Of a stretch of DNA of 64,000 bases, positions 1-9,600 are shown piece by piece (the first letter of the stretch is position 1; every line of letters begins with the position of its first letter). The notes beneath the pieces were generated by a model. The model saw only the letters and a list, made by a program, of their open reading frames with translations, searched no databases and was not told where the DNA came from. The position numbers and the translations under genes were made by a program. Source of the stretch: Ranitomeya imitator (Eukaryota); contig NC_091283.1 in NCBI RefSeq assembly GCF_032444005.1, positions 185,690,001 through 185,754,000 on the forward strand, written 5' to 3'.

Positions 1-199
1 CATAACGGATGAGGGCTTCGGCACAGGCCCTGCGGTCACCCAGGACGCTGTACATCAGGGGAGTCCTCCCAAGTTGGTCCTCCTGGTCAGTCAGATCGGG
101 GCTGCAGCCGATAAGGCGCAGGAGAGTCGCCTTGTCCCCGGTGACAGCGGCTGCATGGACAGGAGAGGCCAGAGAAGAGCCCTGGGGCGGCCCACTCAT
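1..199 (-). CDS. invs: Inversin-like ankyrin-repeat protein, N-terminal 66 aa (5' partial, runs off the left edge)
   Basis: The minus strand from ATG at 199 reads MSGPPQGSSLASPVHAAAVTGDKATLLRLIGCSPDLTDQEDQLGRTPLMYSVLGDRRACAEALIRY. This matches the inversin N-terminus as I recall it (human GSSLASQVHAAAVNGDKGALQRLI...EDQFGRTPLMYCVLADR). There is no stop before the window edge. Orthologue versus paralogue status is unresolved. Confidence 0.9.
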   Translation of the reverse strand, partial: MSGPPQGSSLASPVHAAAVTGDKATLLRLIGCSPDLTDQEDQLGRTPLMYSVLGDRRACAEALIRY

Positions 200-423
200 C
201 CTGGGAACAGCCGAATTCCCCAGAACGGCTACAATCCTACAGTCTCTATGGCAACAGCAGCGGTTACTTCTACAGTGCGGCAGGAGATAGCCGCATCTCT
301 ATGACAACAGACGTTCTATCCGCGGCGGCTGTCGTCTATGGTGGAGCTGCGCGCATGCGCTCTAAGCAGACGTATGACTTGTGGCGTCTGAGCCCCGGAA
401 GTCGCATTCTGCACGCAGCTGTC
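200..423. promoter_or_regulatory. Compact bidirectional promoter between inversin-like and SEPHS genes
   Basis: Only 224 nt separate two divergent ATGs. The interval is CpG-rich and carries X-box/RFX-like GTCTCTATGGCAAC (242-255) and ATCTCTATGACAAC (295-308), NRF1-type GCGCATGCGC (351-360) and ETS CCGGAAGT (395-402). Confidence 0.75.
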
Positions 424-679
424 ATGGCGGCCGGTTCTCTGCCTGCTTCAATGGCGCCTTACTTTCCGGGGTACCGGCCGTTTGACCCCGAGTCTCTGGG
501 TTTGGGGGCCGCCTTCCGCCTCACATCGTTCTCCGATTTGAAGGGCTGAGGCTGTAAAGTCCCGCGGGAGACTCTGCTCAGGCTCCTGGCGGGACTGGAG
601 GACGGAGAACCCGGCGAGGGTGGTCGCCTGGACCCGGGGGGCCCCTGTGCGGTGCAGGAAGGAGGAGTCCCACGGCTGG
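424..679 (+). CDS. sephs2: SEPHS exon 1 with Sec UGA at 547-549
   Basis: gtcATGg Kozak context; [10 protein letters not shown]...[27 protein letters not shown]...VPRL; donor GTGAGC at 680. Confidence 0.92.
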
Positions 680-3600
680 GTGAGCAGACTCCCAGGGCCA
701 CTCCAGCTCTACTGGTCGCACGATGCCCTGAGCAGATCGGTGTCTATAGGAAGCACACAGCCCTTTGGCACGGCTCAGAGACTGCTGTGCCTGGAGATCT
801 GAGCTTGTATCTTCGTCTCCCCCTTAAAGAACATGGAAGGGTCCCAGTGCTGTTTTCTGCCCATAAACCACTCGGCAGCACGTCTCCTGTTTACAATGGG
901 GCGATGTGCTGCCGACAGCCCAAATAAGCGATCAGATGAACTAGCGCTTGGCTCGTACGATGGGCGCACGATTTTTGGACCGAGCATTGTTGTATCTGCT
1001 TAGTGGCCCTTAGTAATCTGATGATTGCACAATATTGGATGCTGGTTGGGTTTTACATCATTTTGAGGAACCGGCTACAAATAGGTTTATGCAACTTATT
1101 GGCGAATACCATAAAAGCGCGTCTCATGTCTATTTCCACTGTGGAGAAACCACGCGCTGTAGCAGTATTGTAGATGAGATTCCTCCACGCCGGGCAGAAT
1201 AATGTAGCAAAAAAAAGGGAAGAAGCCAGCACTGCTTATGGTCAGAACGCAATAACTGAAGTGCAATTGCACATAAATTCTAACTGTATTTCAAATATGA
1301 GACATTTAGCAAACAATTGATCAATTCTTTGAGCTACCCCGCCACTTCACGGCAATCTCATAATGGGGCAGTCCTGAAATGTCCGCACTGGACCTGATCG
1401 GCCTTTACCTGCGCTTGCCTTTCCTGGCACCAAGGGAGTGATTCTGAAAATGCTCCAGGTACAGTTCGCATTTAATGTGGTCCTTTTTTTTTTTTTTTTT
1501 TTTTTTATACATTCAGGAAGCCATAATGGCACAACGTAAATAAAATACGAAGATTAGGACTGCCCCATTATGAGATTGCCGTGAAGTGGCGGGGTAGCTC
1601 AAAGAATTGATCAATTGTTTGCTAAATGTCTCATATTTGAAATACAGTTAGAATTTATGTGCAATTGCACTTCAGTTATTGCGTTCTGACCATAAGCAGT
1701 GCTGGCTTCTTCCCTTTTTTTTTGCTTTGCATTGGTATGTGGCTGACCACCACTGTTGCCGTGCACGCTGGGTTATGTGCGCCATTCTTTCTGTGTTCAC
1801 TGTGATTGATAGGCTGCTGTGCACACACACAGCAGCCCTGCCCCGCCTCAGGCTCAAGTTAATTGTGCACCTGTGTCTCAGCCTGTCTCACCCTTCATCT
1901 TTGGTGCGGGTTTGGCAGTGTGGAAGCCAGATCTGAAATGTCCGCACTGGACCTGATCGGCCTTTACCTGCGCTTGCCTTTCCTGGCACCAAGGGAGTGA
2001 TTCTGAAAATGCTCCAGGTACATTTCGCATTTAATGTGGTCCTTTTTTTTTTTTTTTTATACATTCAGGAAGCCATAATGGCACAACGTAAATAAAATAC
2101 GAAGATTAGGACTGCCCCATTATGAGAGTGCCGTGAAGTGGCGGGGTAGCTCAAAGAATTGATCAATTGTTTGCTAAATGTCTCATATTTGAAATACAGT
2201 TAGAATTTATGTGCAATTGCACTTCAGTTATTGCGTTCTGACCATAAGCAGTGCTGGCTTCTTCCCTTTTTTTTTGCTTTGCGTCAGAATAATGTAGCAC
2301 AATGATCCGCGCTGCGGCTCTGCACCATGTCCAGTTACTACTGCAAAGGGTGAAAGGCTCAGCTAATCTGCACTTTGCGCAATCTTTATATGTTGGTAAA
2401 ATACTGTTGTGCTTTACTTTCAGGTATTGGCATGGACTCCTGTGTGATCCCTTTAAGGCAGAGGGGTCTTTCTCTTGTTCAGACCACTGACTTCTTTTAT
2501 CCATCGGTGGAGGACCCTTACATGCAGGTGAGGAAAGGGTTAACCAGCAGTGTTGCCTTGTCATCCTGACTCCTAGGGATTTGTGTGCTGCCCCTGGAGG
2601 GATGGGATCTGCTGAGTCACTGTGATCCTGCCTGGTCTGAGCAGGGAAGGAATGCGGCCATTACAGGGGCCGGTGGTCCGCCCACCGCTGTGATTACACA
2701 TCTTACACTTACCACTTCAGTCTCCTTTTAGATGAGGGGCATGCTCTTCAAAACTGTTTGCACAAAACCTACATTAGGCTACGTTCACATTGGCGTTCCG
2801 CCAATGTGCGTCGCTGTTGCGCCGGCGACGCAGCGGCGACGCGCCCCTATGTTTAACATAGGGGACGCGTGCGTCGTTTTGGTGGCGTTTTTCGCCACGT
2901 GCGTCGTTTCCGACGCTAGCGTCGGACACAAGAAAACGCTACATGTAGCATTTTCTGTGCGTCCGATTTTCGTCGGAAAACGACGCACGCGTCGCAAAAC
3001 GCGCGTGCTTTTGCGCGTTTTGGCGTGCGTCGCCGACGCACGGCGGCGCAACGCTAATGTGAACGTAGCCTTAGTGCATGATCTTGCAGCCCCCGACCCA
3101 CAGAAAAAGTTTAATGCTGTATTTGGTGAACATACAAATCTAATATGTCCCGCTTCTCATGCTCTTTAATGAACTTTTTTTTTTTAATTTGGCAGTTTCT
3201 CCTCATCTGCGTTCTTCCAGCACTATAGGTGCAGGAACTTCCTTACACTCACAATGCATCCACTGTCCAATAGCCTGCCTTCCCCCAGTTAATGCCCACA
3301 TCTGTTACACCTGTATGCAGTTTGACAGCCAGCAGTGTGTTCTACCACATATGAGAATTACCTGAAGTTTTGATTGTTACAGGGAATACTTGAGCTCCCG
3401 GACCACCAATAATTCACTGCTAGTGACACCCATCATTATAACGAGCTGACACAAGGGGTCCTGATGCCACTCTTCTTGATGTCATGTGGGTTAACCCCTT
3501 CCCGACCCATGACGCCACGTAGGCGTCATGAAAGTCGGTGCCATTCCGACCCATGACGCCTATGCGGCGTCATGGAAAGATCGCGTCCCTGCAGATCGGG

Positions 3601-6600
3601 TGAAAGGGTTAACTCCCATTTCACCCGATCTGCAGGGACAGGGGGAGTGGTAGTTTAGCCCAGGGGGGGTGGCTTCACCCCCTCGTGGCTACGATCGCTC
3701 TGATTGGCTGTTGAAAGTGAAACTGCCAATCAGAGCGATTTGTAATATTTCACCCATTATAACGGGTGAAATATTACAATCCAGCCATGGCCGATGCTGA
3801 AATATCATCGGCCATGGCTGGAAATACTAGTGTGCCCCCACCCCACCCCTCCGATCGCCCCCCCACCCCCCCGATCTGGCCGGTACACTGCTCCGGCTCC
3901 CCTCCGTCCAGTGCTCCGCTCCCCCCCGTGCTCGTGCCCGCTCCCCCCGTGCTCCAATCACCCCCCCGTGCTCCAATCACCCCCCCTGCACTCCGATCCA
4001 CCCCCCCCGTGCTCCGTTCCACCCCCCCGTGCTCCATTCCAGTCCCCCCGTGCTCCGTTCCACGCCCCCCGCGCTCCGTTCCACCCCTCCCGCGCTCCGA
4101 TTCCTCCCCCCGTGCTCCGATCCCCCCCCCCGTGGTCCCCCCCCACCCTATCATACTTACCGATCCAGCCGTGGTCCCGTCCGTCTTCTCCCGGGCGCCG
4201 CCATCTTCCAAAATGGCGGGCGCATGCGCAGTGCGCCCGCCGAATCTGCCGGCCGGCAGATTCGTTCCAAAGTGCATTTTGATCACTGAGATATAATCTA
4301 TCTCAGTGATCAAAATAAAAAAAATAATAAATTACCCCCCCCCCCCCTTTGTCACCCCCATANNNNNNNNNNNNNNNNNNNNNNNNNNNNNNNNNNNNNN
4401 NNNNNNNNNNNNNNNNNNNNNNNNNNNNNNNNNNNNNNNNNNNNNNNNNNNNNNNNNNNNNNNNNNNNNNNNNNNNNNNNNNNNNNNNNNNNNNNNNNNN
4501 NNNNNNNNNNNNNNNNNNNNNNNNNNNNNNNNNNNNNNNNNNNNNNNNNNNNNNNNNNNNNNNNNNNNNNNNNNNNNNNNNNNNNNNNNGTATTCTGGTC
4601 CTCTGCGGATTTTTCCGCTGCGGATTTGATAAATCCGCAGTGCTAAACCGCTGCGGATTTATGGCGGATTTACCGCGTTTTTTTCTGCGCATTTCACTGC
4701 GGTTTTACAATTGCGATTTTCTATTGGAGCAGTTGTAAAACCGCTGCGGAATCCGCACAAAGAAGTGACATGCTGCGGAATGTAAACCGCTGCGTTTCCG
4801 TGCAGTTTTTCCGCAGCATGGGCACAGCGATTTTTGTTTCCCATAGGTTTACATTGAACTGTACACTCATGGGAAACTGCTGCGGATCCGCAGCGTTTTC
4901 CGCAGCGTGTGCACATACCTTTAGAATTAGGCTATGTGCACACGGTGCTGATTTGGCTGCGGATTGGCCGCTGCGGATTCGCAGCAGTGTTCCATCAGGT
5001 TTACAGTACCATGTAAACATATGAAAAACCAAATCCGCTGTGCCCATGGTGCGGAAAATACCACGCGGGAACGCTGCGTTGTATTTTCCGCAGCATGTCA
5101 ATTCTTTGTGCGGATTCCGCAGCGTTTTACACCTGTTCCTCAATAGGAATCCGCAGGTGAAATCCGCACAAAAAACACTGGAAATCCGCGGAAAATCCGC
5201 AGGTAAAACACAGTGCCTTTTACCCGCAGATTTTTCAAAAATGGTGCGGAAATATCTCACACGAATCCGCAACGTGGGCACATAGCCTTAGGGTTAGGGT
5301 TGGAATTAGGGTTGTGGTTAGGGTTAGGGGTGTGTTGGGGTTAGTGTTGTGGTTAGGGGTGTGTTGGGGTTAGGGTTGTGATTAGGATTATGGCTACAGT
5401 TGGGATTAGGGTTAGGGGTGTGTTGGGGTTAGTGTTGGAGGTAGAATTGAGGGGTTACCACTGTTTAGGCACATCAGGGGTCTCCAAACGCAACATGGCG
5501 CCACCATTGATTCCAGCCAATCTCGTATTCAAAAAGTCAAATGGTGCTCCCTCACTTCCGAGCCCTGACGTGTGCCCAAACAGTGGTTTACCCCCACATA
5601 TGGGGTACCAGCATACTCAGGACAAACTGCGCAACAATTACTGGGGTCCAATTTCTCCTGTTACCCTTGTGAATCTAAAAAAATGCTTGCTAAAACATAA
5701 TTTTTGAGGAAAGAAAAATGATTTTTTATTTTCACGGCTCTGCGTTGTAAACGTCTGTGAAGCACTTGGGGGTTCAAAGTGCTCACCACATATCTAGATA
5801 AGTTCCTTGGGGGGTCTAGTTTCTAAAATGGGGTCACTTGTGGGGGGTTTCTACTGTTTAGGCACACCAGGGGCTCTGCAAACGCAACGTGACACCCGCA
5901 GACCATTCCATCAAAGTCTGCATTTCAAAAGTCACTACTTCCCTTCTGAGCCCCGAAGTGTGCCCAAACAGTGGTTTACCCCCACATATGGGGTATCAGC
6001 GTACTCAGGAGAAACTGGACAACAACTTTTGGGGTCCAATTTCTCCTGTAACCCTTGGGAAAATAAAAAATTCTGGGCTAAATAATTATTTTTGAGGAAA
6101 GAAAACGTATTTATTATTTTCACGGCTCTGCATTATAAACTTCTATGAAGCACTTGGGGGTTCAAAGTGCTCACCACACATCTAGATAAGTTCCTTTCAG
6201 GGTCTAGTTTCCAAAATGGGGTCACTTGTGGGGGGTTTCTACTGTTTAGGCACATCAGGGGCTCTGCAAACGCAACGTGACGCCCGCAGAGCATTCCATC
6301 AAAGTCTGCATTTCAAAACGTCACTACTTCAATTCCAAGCCCCGGCATGTGCCCAAACAGTAGTTTACCCCCACATATGGGGTATCACCGTACTCAGGAG
6401 AAACTGGACAACAAATATTGGGGTCAAATTTCTCCTGTTACCCTTGGGAAAATTAAAAAATTCTGGGCTAAATAATTATTTTTGAGGAAAGAAAACGTAT
6501 TTATTATTTTCACGGCTCTGCATTATAAACTTCTATGAAGCACTTGGGGGTTCAAAGTGCTCACCACACATCTAGATAAGTTCCTTTGGGGGTCTAGTTT

Positions 6601-9600
6601 CCAAAATGGGGTCACTTGTGGGGGGTTTCTACTGTTAAGCCACATCAGGGGCTCTGCAAACGCAACGTGACGCCCACAGAGCATTCCATCAAAGTCTGCA
6701 TTTCAAAACGTCACTACTTCACTTCCGAGCCCCGGCATGTGCCCAAACAGTGATTTACCCCCACATATGGGGTATCAGCGTACTCAGGAGAAACTGGACA
6801 ACAACTTTTGGGGTCAATTTCTCCTGTTACCCTTGGGAAAATAAAAAATTGCAGGCTAAAAGATCATTTTTGAGAAAATAATTTTTTTTTTTATTTTCAT
6901 GGCTCTGCGTTATAAACTTCTGTGAAGCACTTGGGGGTTCAAAGTCCTCACCACACATCTAGATTAGTTCCTTTGGGGGTCTAGTTTCTAAAATGGGGTC
7001 ATTTCTGGGGGATCTCCAATGTTTAGGCACACAGGGGCTCTCCAAACGTGACATGGTGTCCGCTAATGATTGGAGCTAATTTTCCATTTAAAAAGCCAAA
7101 TGGCGTGCCATCCCTTCCGAGCCCTGCCGTGCGCCCAAACAGTGGTTTACCCCCACATATGGGGTATCAGCGTACTCAGGACAAACTGGACAACAATATT
7201 TGGGGTCCAATTTCTCCTATTATCCTTGGCAAAATAGGAAATTCCAGGCTAAAAAATCATTTTTGAGGAAAGAAAAATTATTTTTTATTTTCATGGCTCT
7301 GCGTTATAAACTTCTGTGAAGCACCTGGGGGTTTAAAGTGCTCAATATGCATCTAGATAAGTTCCTTGGGGGGTCTAGTTTCCAAAATGGGGTCACTTGT
7401 GGGGGAGCTCCAATGTTTAGGCACACAGGGGCTCTCCAAACGCGACATGGTGTCCGCTAACAATTGGAGCTAATTTTCCATTCAAAAAGTCAAATGGCAC
7501 GCCTTCTCTTCCGAGCCCTGCCGAGTGCCCAAACAGTGGTTTACCCCCACATATGAGGTATCGGCGTACTCGGGAGAAATTGCCCAACAAATTTTATGAT
7601 CCATTTTATCCTACTGCCCATGTGAAAATGAGAAAATTGAGGCGAAAAGAATTTTTTTGTGAAAAAAAATTACTTTTTCATTTTTACAGATCAATTTGTG
7701 AAGCACCTGAGGGTTTAAAGTGCTCACTAGGCATCTAAATTAGTTCCTTGGGGGGTCTAGTTTCCAAAATGGGGTCACTTGTGGGGGAGCGCCAATGTTT
7801 AGGCACACAGGAGCTATCCAAACGCGACATGGTGTCCGCTAACGATGGAAATAATTTTTCATTCAAAAAGTCAAATGGCGCTCCTTCCCTTCCGAGCCTT
7901 ACCATGTGCCCAAACAGTGGTTTACCCCCACATATGAGGTATTGGTGTACTCAGGAGAAATTGCCCAACACATTTTAGGATCCATTTTATCCTGTTGCCC
8001 ATGTGAAAATGAAAAAATTGAGGCTAAAAGAATTTTTTTGTGAAAAAAAAGTACTTTTTCATTTTTACGGATCAATTTGTGAAGCACCTGGGGGTTCAAA
8101 GTGCTCACTATGCATCTAGATAAGTTCCTTGGGGCGTCTAGTTTCCAAAATGGGGTCACTTGTGGGGGAGCTCCAATTTTTAGGCACACGGGGGCTCTCC
8201 AAACGTGACATGGTGTCCGCTAAAGAGTGGAGCCAATTTTTGATTCAAAAAGTCAAATGGCGCTCCTTCCCTTCCAAGCCCTGCCGTGCGCCAAAACAGT
8301 GGTTTACCCCCACATATGAGGTATCAGCGTACTCAGGACAAATTGGACAACAACGTTCGTGGTTCAGTTTCTCCTTTTACCATTGGGAAAATAAAAAAAT
8401 TGTTGCTAAAAGATAATTTTTGTGACTAAAAAGTTAAATGTTCATTTTTTCCTTCCATGTTGCTTCTGCTGCTGTGAAGCACCTGAAGGGTTAATAAACT
8501 TCTTGAATGTGGTTTTGAGTACCTTGAGGGGTGCAGTTTTTAGAATGGTGTCACTTTTGGGTATTTTCAGCCATATAGACCCCTCAAACTGACTTCAAAT
8601 GTGAGGTGGTCCCTAAAAAAAATGGTTTTGTAAATTTCGTTGTAAAAATGACAAATCGCTGGTCGAATTTTAACCCTTATAACTTCCTAACAAAAAAAAA
8701 TTTTGTTTCCAAAATTGTGCTGATGTAAAGTAAACATGTGGGAAATGTTATTTATTAACTATTTTGTGTCACATATCTCTCTGGTTTAACAGAATAAAAA
8801 TTCAAAATGTGAAAATTGCGAAATTTTCAAAATTTTCGCCAAATTTCCGTGTTTATCACAAATAAATGCAGAATTTATTGACCTAAATTTACCACTAACA
8901 TGAAGCCCAATATGTCACGAAAAAACAATCTCAGAACCGCTAGGATCCGTTGAAGCGTTCCTGAGTTATTACCTCATAAAGGGACACTGGTCAGAATTGC
9001 AAAAAACGGCAAGGTCTTTAAGGTCAAAATAGGCTGGGTCTTGAAGGGGTTAATATAAACATTTTTATTTTTTTTTGTCCCCAGGGTCGCATTGCCTGTG
9101 CCAACGTGCTGAGTGACCTCTATGCCATGGGGATTACGGAGTGTGACAACATGCTGATGCTGCTGAGTGTCAGCCAGAAGATGACGGAGGAGGTAAGGCC
9201 GGCAAATGGTTTCTTGACCCTTGTGACACCTTAATGTTTGCATGCTTTGACTCAATGTAGCAGACTTCCTGAGAGCTGACAGAGATGTCCACCATGATGA
9301 CATGTAAAGTCCCCCAGATAATTTCCCCATCAGGTTTCATGTGGGCCTCGCGCTCGGGTGGCTCGCTTGCCGCGGGCCCTCGTGCTCAGGTGGCTCGCTT
9401 GCCGCGGGCCTCGCGCTCAGGTGGCTCGCTTGCCGCAGGCCTCGCGCTCAGGTGGCTCGCTTGCCATGAGCCTCGCGCTCAGGTGGCTCGCTTGCCGCGG
9501 GCCTCGCGCTCAGGTGGCTCGCTTGCCGCGGGCCTCGCGCTCAGGTGGCTCGCTTGCCGCGGGCCTCGCGCTCAGGTGGCTCGCTTGCCGTGAGCCTCGC

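Larger units (their letters stand above)
3495..9049. mobile_element. Large non-autonomous piggyBac-type DNA transposon (about 5.55 kb)
   Basis: TTAA|CCCCTTCCCGACCCA ... TGGGTCTTGAAGGGG|TTAA (TIR 13/15 match, TTAA TSD). No transposase ORF. Contains hairpins, C-rich repeats, the gap, nested MITEs and a 390 bp array. Confidence 0.8.

Noticed and set aside
301-423. In-frame upstream ATG at 301 that would extend SEPHS by 41 aa
   Set aside because: It overlaps the X-box/NRF1/ETS promoter motifs, has poor Kozak context and shows no SPS homology; ATG 424 fits better.
3766-4313. Pro-rich and Gly-rich ORFs
   Set aside because: Low-complexity CCCCCCGTGCTCC repeats inside the piggyBac-type element.
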